A stretch of 63,898 nt of DNA, counting the filler, from Octopus bimaculoides (taxonomy: Eukaryota): NCBI RefSeq assembly GCF_001194135.2. It is 4 parts of 4 records of this genome, joined end to end, with 100 filler letters (N's around TTAATTAATTAA, not from the genome) between each part and the next. Parts side by side here need not be neighbours in the genome. Positions count along the whole stretch, not along the records: positions 41,897 to 61,958 come from NC_068996.1; positions 62,059 to 63,898 come from NC_068983.1; 2 more parts are not named here. One strand, 5' to 3'. How positions within the stretch are numbered: position 1 is the stretch's first letter; every line of letters starts with the position of its first letter. A program made the translations under genes and the position numbers. The notes under the pieces are model-generated. The model searched no databases and was not told the origin of the DNA. It saw only the letters and a list, made by a program, of their open reading frames with translations. Positions 52,731 through 63,898 of the stretch are shown here, one piece after another.

Positions 52731-53819
52731 TTTGTCTGTTGGTGTTTTCTTTTTTGTTATTCTGTATGCATGCATGTATATGTGTGCCATCATCATCATT
52801 TAATATCTGTCTGCCATACTGGCATGAATTAAGCAGTTTGACTGGAGCTGGTAAGCTAGAAGACTGCATCAAGCTCTACTGTTTACTTTGGTGTGGTTTC
52901 TATTGCTGGATGACCTTCCTAATGCCAACCATTTTACAGAGTGGACTAGGTGCTTTTTATGTGGCACCAGGATTGGTGAGGTCTTTGACATTATTTTAAT
53001 GGCTGGATGCCCGACAAACGTCAACTACTTTACAGAATGAACTGGATGTTTTTTTTACATGACACCAGCACCAGAAAGGTCACCAACTAACTTGCAAGAC
53101 AAAGATCCTTTGAGAAAGGGTGGTAATGAAGGAAGTGGATTTGCATTAGATAATGAGAGGTTAGAGTAAAACAGTGGGACAGAAACAGGTGTCTTGCTGT
53201 AAAGGAGTTACATGGTTACCCCAGTCAGAGGGAGAGAGGAAAAGAGAGATAGATAGAGAGAGGGGGGGAGATGGTGGCAATGTGCCAGGGCATATTCTCC
53301 AGATATGAGGATGTAAATATAGATGGGATGGTAGAGGATTCCACAGGGTACATAAGTAGGGAGTTCACATGAATGCAAAAGGGGGTGGGGAGATGCAGTG
53401 ACTGGTGAAACTTGGGTATATAGGGGTATGACAAGGTAGCAGTGATACAGTTGGCAGGGCAGGGAGAGATGAGTGTCGTGCATGAAGAAGAGGAGATGTA
53501 GTTTAGTAGGATGTGTGAAAAATTTAATGTTACATGTTGGTGGAACACACAGCATTTCCAAAACTCAGTTTCACTGAGGTAGGTGGGTCTTCACAAGAGC
53601 CTCATTTCATCTCAGTCCCTTGTCATCTTTTCAATGAAGCTGTTTACCTCATTCGCTTACAAGGCTTTAATTGACTTCTTGCCACACAACCTTACCTTAT
53701 CCATCTCTGCAGTGGGGTAGCATGGGGTCTGTTTAGCATTGAGAGTGGTCACTTTGTATGTATGTATTTGGGGTAGTCAAAGGTGTTATGCTACCACACA
53801 GAGTAGCCATTATTTAAGG

Positions 53820-54635
53820 CAGGGGTTCCCAACCTGGTCCATGAGGACCACTAGGTGGTCCACAAGAAAACTCAGATGGTCTGTGGAAAATTTTCTGTGG
53901 TTCTCCGGAAGAATTAAAATTTTTCCATACACATACATCGCGCAAACAAAATATGCCTCATTGCATATGCATGAGCACATGTGAGTGCACTCATTGCCTA
54001 TTGGACGATTAACTATCCAATCATACACGGACGTGTACCGGACAGGTACAGATGCATACAATCGGATCCACGTTTCTGTGCATTAAAAACACAGCATTTG
54101 AACTTTGAGAATTCGCTTGAGCCAAAAAGAGCCAAAGATTTCTCAGCTTGTGAATAAAAAGCAAGCCCAAGGGTCTCACTGAAGGTTTCTTGACATTTTT
54201 CCTGACGACTTGTCACTGACATTTTTAAGTTAATTCAATTTTTTATATTCCCTCAAACATTTACACAACCTTTTGTACTGATCCCAACTTCATTCCTCAT
54301 TTTTTAATTTACCCTTCACATTGTTATATTTTAACTGTACAGCTTTTTTTTTTTCTGAATAAAGGGGTATTTTTCATGACTCAGTAACCTTTTCTATTCG
54401 ATTCTATCAAATAATGCTTTCTTGAGAATCATGTGCATTTGCAAATTGGTTTTGTTATTGATGTTCTCTGTGATGTCCCTTACAAGAACGAAAAAGGAAC
54501 TTTCATCGCAAAGTGAAAATTATACTAATATTTATGAGTAGCAGTTCTTTTATAATAAATTTAAAATTTTGGTGGTCCACAGGAAAAAATTACTTATTTT
54601 GGTGGTCCACAGTGAAAGAAGTTTGGGAACCCCTG
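53820..54635. mobile_element. hAT-superfamily non-autonomous element
   Basis: TIRs CAGGGGTTCCCAA / TTGGGAACCCCTG. Subterminal GGTGGTCCAC motifs. The 8-bp flanks ATTTAAGG / ATCTAAAG match 6/8 and are TSD-like. Confidence 0.85.
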
Positions 54636-57600
54636 ATCTAAAGTGTTCCTCTCTTCTCAGTAAGGGTATAAACAAAGCAATACCTCTTCCATTGGTTCAT
54701 TTTCTTTTTAGAGTGGGGAAAGGAATTTGATCTAATACTTAAACCCTTTTGTTACCATATTTCTGTTGAAATATATTGCCTGTGTTTAAATTAATTTTGA
54801 AAATAATGAAGAATTTTGTATATTTTGTAACTATTAAGCTGGTGTTTTGGAAGGTTTTAACATGGAACATTTCAATTAGAAAATGCTTTCAAAGAGAGAT
54901 GGGAGGACATGATACTGCAGGTTTTAATTTGATTCCTTTATGTTTTGATTTCAAGATCTGTTGGTGTCAACTTAGCCTTCAAAATATCTAGGATTATCAA
55001 GTATATAATTTTGCTTCAGTTAATTTCAGTTAATTTTTTAATGAAGCAGTAAATTATCAGATTATGTTGTCTTGGACCAGTTATTTCACAAGAAGGTGCA
55101 TGATATAGTAGTCAGGCTTTTAGTCATAATAATATCTGATTTAGACATAAGGTCAGCAATTTTGAGGAGAGAGAGAAGGTTAATTGATGCTATTGACTAA
55201 CATTTAGTTGGTACTTTATTTTATCAACCCATAGTTGAATTTCAATTCAGAAAGTAAAAGAGCTAGAAGAAATATTGCAGAGCATTTTTACTGTTGCTCT
55301 AACAGTTCAATCAACTTGCTACCTTTAGACTCTTAGTCATAATGCTGTGGATTTGATTCTTAGCCTGAGATGTGTAATATATCCTTGGGCAAGACCCTCT
55401 GCTTCACATTGCTCCAATCTACTTAGCTGGCAAAAATTGGAAATTAAAACTGACAAGTCAGCATGATAGTATTAAGGTAAGGAGTCCAGTCTGACCCAAA
55501 GCTTTCAGGTATGAAGCAGGTTTCATTGAGTTGGTTATATCCTGTTTTTTCTTTACCTATTAACTTTTATATTCTGAGTTCAGATTCTGCTGTGGTTGCT
55601 AAATAACAATTTGTACTGGGCCTTATTCAAAAGGCATGTTAAGCATGCAAGGAATTTGAACTCAGAATCTAAAAGTAAATACTATATAGACATTTTTTTT
55701 GTCTGATAGTCTACCAATTCTGCTATCAACTGCCAATTATCAATATAATAAATTCTTTCTAGTTTTGGTACAAGACCAGTAACTTTGTGTGGAGGGGGAC
55801 TCCAGTACTTGACTGGTACTTATTTTATTAACCCTGATAGGAAAAATTATAAAGTTGACCTCAGTGGCATTTGAACTCAGAATGTAAAGAGTCAGAAGAA
55901 ATACTGCAAAACTTTTTTTCCTGATGTTCCAACAGTAGTTCTGCCAACTTGCTGGTTTAATTATCAATGTAATAAAATAAATATTATTTGTGTTTTTTTC
56001 TTTCTTTTTTTTCAGTTGTGTTTGCTATTTAGCTCCAAATCACCTCTGATTGAGCTGATCTATGATCAAAAGCTTTCTAGTTGCAACTGCTCTGCTTTTT
56101 AAAAAAATATTTTTCTGTCTGAATAGATTTAGGACTACATTACCCAATATGCCTTAACTTGTTTAGGAAGATAGGGTGTGATGTAAAGGAGATTTATAAG
56201 ATGTAAAGGAGATTTATAACAGCTTCAATGACCATAATGAAGGCCTCTCTTCAGTACACACAAAAAAAAGATAATACCAGTAATACAATGATTATTGCTA
56301 TCATTAAATACATTTTTAGTTAATTATGAAGTTGATACTTTTCCTGCTTCACTATCTCTGTAGAAGAAACTGGCTATGTTTGAAGTTAGAGTGGGATAAA
56401 CTCTGTCAGAACATGTATATCATGATGGTACCCCTGTGGTTCAATCAGGTGTTGAAATCCCAGTGTAGTAAGGGTGATTGGTTGGCGGAAGGGTATGGTA
56501 TTTATGTGTGGTAGTAAGATGCTGATCTGTAGTTCTTAATGGTGGTTATCATCATTATCACTCCTATACCATGTTGATATGAGTTGGGTAGCCTAAAGGC
56601 TACATCAATCTCCAATGTCTACTTTGCTAAGGTTTCTATGGCTGGGTGCTCCTCCTTATGCCAACCATCTTACAAAGTGCACCAGATGCTTTTCTCATGT
56701 GTAGTATTTAGTGGTGGTTAATATATGAGGGCATTTAGTGGTGATTATTAATGTGTGGTAGTTATTGGTAATTAATGCATGGTAGTTGTGGTTGATGTGT
56801 AGTAGCTATTGGTATTTAATGTGTTGCTAGCTGTGGTTAATTAGTGGTAGTTAGGTGTTTTACATTCATTTTTTTTCCATCTGGCATAGCTTGGAGGAAA
56901 CTTTTTGAGGTAGTATTTTGCAACTAGTTGTCAACTCATATTTTTCAAATGAGGGGCTTTTTTTATTCCATTGAGCGTGGCCGTTGCCAGTACCGCCTGA
57001 CTGGCCTTCGTAAGATTTTCGAGCGAGATCGTTGCCAGTGCCCCTGGACTGGCTCCTGTGTGGGTGGCACATAAAATACACCATTTTGAGCGTGGCCGTT
57101 GCCAGTACTGCCTGGCTGGCCTTCGTGCGGGTGACACGTAAAAGCACCCACTACACTCTCTGAGTGGTTGGCGTTAGGAAGGGCATCCAGCTGTAGAAAC
57201 TCTGCCAAATCAGATTGGAGGCTGGTGTTGCCATCCAGTTTCACCAGTCCTCAGTCAAATTGTCCAACCTATGCTAGCATGGAAAGCGGACATTAAACGA
57301 TGATGATGATGATGTCTATAAAAGTGCAGAATAACAGTATGTATTGTTTTATAGGGAAAGTAAACATGACATTGTTGTTTTATTCAAATGCAGAATGTCA
57401 ACACACATGCAAGCACACACACACATAATGTTACAGTGTTCATCTACCAATTCCAACTCACAAGGAATCAGTTGGTCTGATACTTGCTCAAGGTACTACA
57501 CAGTAGGGTAAAATCCAAAGCCATGTCGTTATGAACTAAACTCTGTAATCACGCAGCCATGCTTGAACCTGTTTACTGTAAAATGTATCCTGAGCCTAAT

Positions 57601-57752
57601 GCTATATAGGACTCCTTGCACACAAACAGATCAACAGTTTATGTTCAATCACCAGTTTTAATGTGTGGTTTCTCACTGGCTCTGTCTACCTAGCTATAAA
57701 TGGCTAACATCAGTTGTTATAATAGACAACTGTAAGCTACAACATCAATCTA

Positions 57753-58088
57753 CAGGGTGTCCCTAAAGTTTGTACACAGGTAAAATCTATATTTTCAAGA
57801 AATACATGTTGCTCCAGTTCACTCAGCTGGCATAAATGAATAGTACCTGTCTTTCAAAGGGCCAACCTTATCGTGCTGATTCTCCTTAAGAACTTCATTA
57901 AGGGTACATGTGTCTATGGAGTGCTCAACCACATGCATGTTAATTTCACAAGCAGACTTGTGTTGATTGGCCCAACTGGAACCCTTGTCATCGTAACTAA
58001 TGGAGTGCCAGTTTAATATATAAAATATATAGGTAATAAAATGTAGTTAATGAGATTTGCTATATGTCCAAACTTTAGGGACAGCTTG
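57753..58088. mobile_element. Tc1/mariner-type MITE with nested SINE fragment
   Basis: TA-CAGGGTGTCCCTAAAGTT...AACTTTAGGGACAGCTTG-TA. The interior 57800-58010 matches the SINE body at 16390-16565. Confidence 0.7.
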
Positions 58089-58960
58089 TATAATTGAAAG
58101 ATGGTTCATATAACTTAGAGCAATCAGTCCAACTCCTGTGAGTATACCTTGGAGGGAGAAGGGCTGTTCTTGCTTAATTATGTGAAGATATTTGTTTAAC
58201 CAGGACAGGCTTGCTATAGAAGACTTATGATAAAAGGTGTCCCAAATATAATTATCTCTTTTTTTGTGTCCAGAATTACATTACCAATCACAAAATCCAA
58301 TCCTGGTTTCTATGTCTCAATGACCCTGAGACTTGTGCTAGCAGAGCGCAAGCTTCTGGTAGGGTGCTCCATGCTACACAGGAGGGCAAAAGATCCTACA
58401 AGGACCGAAAAAGGAGCAACAAAATTTCATCAAATTAAGATGGTTTTAAAATGTTTACATTTATCCAACATCATGTCTAAGAAAGAAGTATTATCTTTTA
58501 CTTGTTCCAATCACTGGAATATGGCCATACTGGGGCACTGACTTGAAAAATTCTGTTGGATTATGAATGAACTTATACATATCATGGAAGTAATTATGAG
58601 AAGTAAATTTGCATAGTACTCTAACCATAGCTGCATGGTGAGAAGTTTGCTTCCCAACCACATGGTTCCAGGTTCAGTTCTGCAGTGAAGCACCTTGGAC
58701 AAGTGTCTGCTACTATATCCTTGGACCAGTCACAGCCTTGTGAGTGGATTCAGTAGTCAAGTGAATTGACCACAGATACTTATTTTTTTTTAAACCTGGT
58801 ACTTATTCTGTCAGTTTCTCCTCCTTTGCCGAACCTCTAAATTACAGGGACATAAACACACTTTATTCTGAACCACATGTGTATCAAATTCTAACAACAA
58901 GTCATTAGTTTGTTGTTAGAATTTGATACACATGTGGTTCAGAATAAAGTGTGTTTATGT

Positions 58961-59495
58961 GAATATGCACCGAAACATCGAAAAGGAGATCTTGCAGAGA
59001 ATAAAGGCTGGATGGAAGGCGTATAATGGCATAAGGGATGTGCTCAAGGGAAGGTTGGACAGGACCACCCGTGCCAGCCTCATAAATAGCACAGTTCTAC
59101 CTGCAATATTATATATGGGCTACAACAAAGAGAGAAGAGCAGAGATTGGTAAAGGCTCAAAGAGCCATGGAGAGGTCAATGCTTGGAATCACGTTGAGAG
59201 AGCATATCAATAGCGAGCTCATCAGAAGAGGGACGTCATCATAGAATATACACACAGCAAGTTTAGATGGGCTGGACACATTGCCTGGCTCACCAATAAT
59301 TGGTGGACCCGCGTAGTTGTCGAGTGGTACCCGCACGGATGGAAATGATTACTTGGAAGGCCTCCATGATGGTGGAGTTACGATTTTAGGAGGGCGATTG
59401 GGACCACGTGGATGAGGAAGGCACGATCTAGAGAGGAGTGGACAGTGTGCTGTAACTAGCAGTGTCAAATGGATGCCTGACGGACTGGTCGGTCA
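58961..59495 (+). mobile_element. RTE-clade LINE 3' fragment (family distinct from the 1080/13553 copies)
   Basis: NMHRNIEKEILQRIKAGWKAY...LINSTVLPAILY, then SKFRWAGHIA and WWTRVVVEWYP..GRPP. Confidence 0.88.
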
Positions 59496-59663
59496 AGGTG
59501 ATATATATATATATATGTATGTATATACTTTATTAAAAAGTAAAACTATCACAAAAACTCAGAGTTTCATGTTCCCGTTCATCGGATGGGAACATATTAC
59601 TCTACCTACAGTATTCGAGTACTTTTTTTCCACCTTGTTTTGCATTTATGAAGAACTGACTCT

Positions 59664-59708
<45 letters not shown>

Positions 59709-60007
59709 GGATAAGATCGATATTTAGAATATTGATCTTATCAAGTGGCCAGCATGGGAATAAAAACCATCAAAGGTAACAATTATTTAAAATTATAATA
59801 TAGGGTATCTAAGAGATACCACCACGCTGAAAATAACAGTCAAATCTTGACTCTAAACCACAATAAATGTTCATATATATACACACATATATATACATAC
59901 ATATATATATAAATACATATATACATACATACATATATATGTAAATATATAAAAATAAAAAGATAAAGAGAGCAATGGTAAGGTTGGAGAAGTATTTTAT
60001 GGATAAA

Positions 60008-60056
60008 GTCTTACAGCTGTTTCTGGGAAGATCCAGTACTTCCCTTCATCAGAGAC
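60008..60056 (-). ncRNA. Minimal type I hammerhead ribozyme motif
   Basis: GUCU CUGAUGA A GGGAAG uacuggau CUUCCC A GAA ACAGCUGU A AGAC. Stem I is GUCU/AGAC, stem II has 6 bp, stem III is the palindrome ACAGCUGU, and the cleavage triplet is GUA. Confidence 0.75.
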
Positions 60057-61599
60057 AGAAAAAATAAAGTAATCTATTATTATATCCATAGGCGGATATT
60101 TTTAGTATGAAGTGGTAAAGAGTGTGATGTGCTGAAAAAAGAGAGAACAGTACTTGAAGTGTAGTTTCATTCCAGTAGTAAATATCCGTGTAGAAATCCG
60201 TGTAAAGTAATCCTTGTGGGGATAATCCGGAAATTTATGTTGGNNNNNNNNNNNNNNNNNNNNNNNNNNNNNNNNNNNNNNNNNNNNNNNNNNNNNNNNN
60301 NNNNNNNNNNNNNNNNNNNNNNNNNNNNNNNNNNNNNNNNNNNNNNNNNNNNNNNNNNNNNNNNNNNNNNNNNNNNNNNNNNNNNNNNNNNNNNNNNNNN
60401 NNNNNNNNNNNNNNNNNNNNNNNNNNNNNNNNNNNNNNNNNNNNNNNNNNNNNNNNNNNNNNNNNNNNNNNNNNNNNNNNNNNNNNNNNNNNNNNNNNNN
60501 NNNNNNNNNNNNNNNNNNNNNNNNNNNNNNNNNNNNNNNNNNNNNNNNNNNNNNNNNNNNNNNNNNNNNNNNNNNNNNNNNNNNNNNNNNNNNNNNNNNN
60601 NNNNNNNNNNNNNNNNNNNNNNNNNNNNNNNNNNNNNNNNNNNNNNNNNNNNNNNNNNNNNNNNNNNNNNNNNNNNNNNNNNNNNNNNNNNNNNNNNNNN
60701 NNNNNNNNNNNNNNNNNNNNNNNNNNNNNNNNNNNNNNNNNNNNNNNNNNNNNNNNNNNNNNNNNNNNNNNNNNNNNNNNNNNNNNNNNNNNNNNNNNNN
60801 NNNNNNNNNNNNNNNNNNNNNNNNNNNNNNNNNNNNNNNNNNNNNNNNNNNNNNNNNNNNNNNNNNNNNNNNNNNNNNNNNNNNNNNNNNNNNNNNNNNN
60901 NNNNNNNNNNNNNNNNNNNNNNNNNNNNNATACATACATATATATATACATATATACATTATAGCGAGTAGCCACATCAAAGTGGCAGATGAATGTTACT
61001 ACTAGTTACTGGCGGATTCTCTGCCAGCTGCTATTCAGTGAAAGCTCTGCACTGGAAACCAGCTGGCAAAGAATCTGCTTGGGGTTAAACTAGTAGTAAC
61101 ATTCATCTGTCACTGTGATGTGGCTACTTACTTTATTGTTTAGTATATATTACTATTCTATCTCTTCTGGAGATTTTATAAATACACACATATATCATCA
61201 TCATCATCATCATCATCATCGTTTAACGTCCGCTTTCCATGCTAGTATGGGTTGGACGATTTGACTGAGGACTGGTGCAACCGGATGGCTACACCAGGCT
61301 NNNNNNNNNNGACTGAGGACTGGTGCAACCGGATGGCTACACCAGGCTCCAATCTAATTTGGCAGAGTTTCTACAGCTGGATGCCCTTCCTAACGCCAAC
61401 CACTCAGAGAGTGTATATATATATATAATATATATATACAGATTTATTTATTTATCTATGCGTTTCAGCCAAGTGGCTGCGGTCATGCTGGAGCACCACC
61501 ATGACTTTCCGTCTTTATGCTGTGCTCTCTTCATGTTCCTTGTGTGGCTCTTCTCCTCCCCCTGATATAGTCCAATCAAGAGTTTTGATGGCACATCTG

Positions 61600-61958
61600 G
61601 TGTATAAGAGAATTTGACACCGCTGCCTTCAACTGTGTCTCATTTCAAGCCATTGGTTCGTCTGGTATCATGGAGAGGAAAGTGTTGAGTTTTGTTTTGA
61701 AGACCTCTATATCCATGTCTTGCAGGTCTCTCAAATGTTTTGGCAGGGCATTAAAGAGCTGAAGTCCTCTGAAACCGAGGCTGTTGCAGCACCTTGTTCT
61801 TATGTGAGATGCAGTGGACGGTACCTTTGGTACCATGCAGTGGACGGCACCTTTGGTACCATGCAGTGGCGACCTGTGCGGGCATTCGTGTAGTACTTGG
61901 TGCCAAAGTTTGGTATCAGTCCTTCCAGTATTTTCCATATGTAAATTATTACATATCT
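61600..61958 (-). mobile_element. CR1/Jockey-group LINE 3' end
   Basis: CNSLGFRGLQLFNALPKHLRDL...FKTKLNTFLSMIPDEP. Includes a 26-bp internal tandem duplication. Confidence 0.8.
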
Positions 61959-62058
61959 NNNNNNNNNNNNNNNNNNNNNNNNNNNNNNNNNNNNNNNNNN
62001 NNTTAATTAATTAANNNNNNNNNNNNNNNNNNNNNNNNNNNNNNNNNNNNNNNNNNNN
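61959..62058. other. Artificial contig/scaffold spacer
   Basis: 44N-TTAATTAATTAA-44N. Confidence 0.92.
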
Positions 62059-62780
62059 TCACAAGGTTTGGAAAACAATACCTGGACTTAAGAGACATAT
62101 GCTGGTTCACAGAAGCGTTTCCTTAGAATCAGATACCAGCGGGCAAGGATCGAGAGGCCTGAACACTTGTCATCTGTGCTGTAGACCTTGTCGCTCAGCA
62201 GCCGGACTTCAAAGTCACTTGAGGGCTCACCAACGGAGTGATTGTACTGCGTGATGATATGTGTGGATTGTTGATGGGATGGCTATCGTCTGTCAAGATG
62301 GAGCAGTCGTCATGTATGTGTGTGTATGTATGCATGTGTATGTGGGGGTGTATGTGCATGTGTGCAAGCAGTGGTGTTGTGATAAGACGCTGTAACATAG
62401 TTGACATTCTCACTGTAAGCCTTCTCTCAGTTCAATTATCTCACTAACTGGATTCTGCCTGTGGTTGCCTCTGCGTCATCTTTTTGTCAACTCACTTTTC
62501 CCTCCAGTGTTTTAGTATTTACAATTATTCAAACTAGCTAGAAGGAGAGACATATTGTTGAGAACAATGAATTTCGTTGGTGGTCAGTTATCTCTATTCT
62601 AGCTTTTGGTGGCCTAGAAGAGGTTAGAAGGGTCAAGTGGCAAAGACATTATTCAGCTTAACGAAGGCATCTGGCAAATGTAACTGCTGTTACCGTGAAA
62701 AAAGTGCTGTTGAACTGTTAAGTGAAATTTGGCTATCAAGGATCAAATCCATGCTATGCCTGCATGAAGCCACTACAAGA

Positions 62781-62811
<31 letters not shown>

Positions 62812-63519
62812 AATATTAGGGATAAAAATCCAAATTTACAGGTAAAAACTCAATTAAATTCAATTTATTAAAAATTATGATTAAATTAAGTTTCACAGTA
62901 TAAAATATATAAATACATATATATGAGCAGGCACATGTCTGATGTAAAATCTGTAGTGAGCCCAAGTGATGATGATGACCTCGCTGGCCACTACACATAT
63001 TTTTTTCTCTCTTTGTTTCTTTCTGTGTTCCTTTCTGTTGAAGAACATAGGCTCAATACGTTAAAAACTTTCTCTATTCCCAAGCGTTATACTAATACAT
63101 CCATTTGTTGTTTACACCACCTGTCTTCGTCTGTTGTTTTTTCGTGAATTCTCGCTATATATATACGCACACACACACAATTCACTTCTCCATGCTCGCA
63201 TGGATCAGACACATTTTGCATGGCTAGATACCCATCCTGCTGCCAACCCTCACCTATTTTCAAGTAATATTTCACCATTCCCATACATGTTTAGACGGCA
63301 GATTGGAAACAAAGAACATCTCTTATTACCATTGCCCAGTCTCAAAGAAAGGAGACAGTAAAATAAACACACACAAACAGCATGCATATATATATGCATG
63401 TACATATATATATACCGGAGTGAGCACATAAATGTGCAACAAGGTGGAAAAAAGAGTACTCAAATACCAGAGGTAGAGTAATATGCTTTATTTAAAAGCA
63501 GCAGAAATATAACAAAAAT

Positions 63520-63557
63520 CTGTTACTTGGAGTTTCACGTTACCGTTCATCGAACAG
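63520..63557 (-). ncRNA. Type I hammerhead-like motif with variant core (UCGAUGA)
   Basis: CUGU UCGAUGA ACG-GUAA-CGU GAA ACUCCAAGU A ACAG. All three stems can form. A related copy lies at 59552-59589. Confidence 0.55.
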
Positions 63558-63843
63558 TTTTGTTAGAAATGGGTATTCAAGTATACATATATATATGCAT
63601 ATACATATATATGCATATACATATATATGCATATATATGCATATACATATATATACATATACATATATATATACATATAGGCATATACATACATGTATAT
63701 ATATTTAAGTTACAATAAATGCACTCATCTAGCTGGCCATACGTACATATGTATAGTCTACTATATTGTAGGGCTGACACAAGTATTATGAATAGATTGG
63801 GTAGATAGAAACTGAAAGAAATAATAAAATGGGATGTGTATTT

Positions 63844-63898
<55 letters not shown>

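Noticed and set aside
62100-62300. GC-richer segment with short open frames at the start of block 4
   Set aside because: Stops interrupt the frames I checked and I found no assignable motif. Probably a decayed repeat.

Overview
AT-rich, repeat-dense animal genomic DNA from a gapped draft assembly. The SINE families and microsatellite load suggest an octopus/cephalopod (inference, not a database result). Three identical 100-bp spacers (44 N + TTAATTAATTAA + 44 N) split the window into four blocks (1-17401, 17502-41796, 41897-61958, 62059-63898), and adjacency across them is not evidence of synteny. The only host gene I can support is an adhesion GPCR in block 2: two GAIN exons, the GPS exon and the TM2 exon on the + strand (30453-38269), plus a TM7 exon and a phase-matched terminal exon on the - strand (18528-19829). 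The rest is tRNA-derived SINEs, fragments of RTE, R4/Dong-like, Tx1/L1, CR1-group, Penelope-like and Gypsy retroelements, mariner/hAT/piggyBac derivatives, and simple repeats. Most long ORFs in the supplied track are artefacts of N runs or microsatellites. The most interesting observations are several hammerhead-ribozyme-like motifs (one near-canonical minimal type I, a family with a shared core variant, and one carried by a tRNA-headed SINE-like unit), long fold-back palindromes at element junctions, the opposite-strand aGPCR halves, and a telomere-like CCCTAA array at a block start. All coordinates were read by eye and TE boundaries are approximate.
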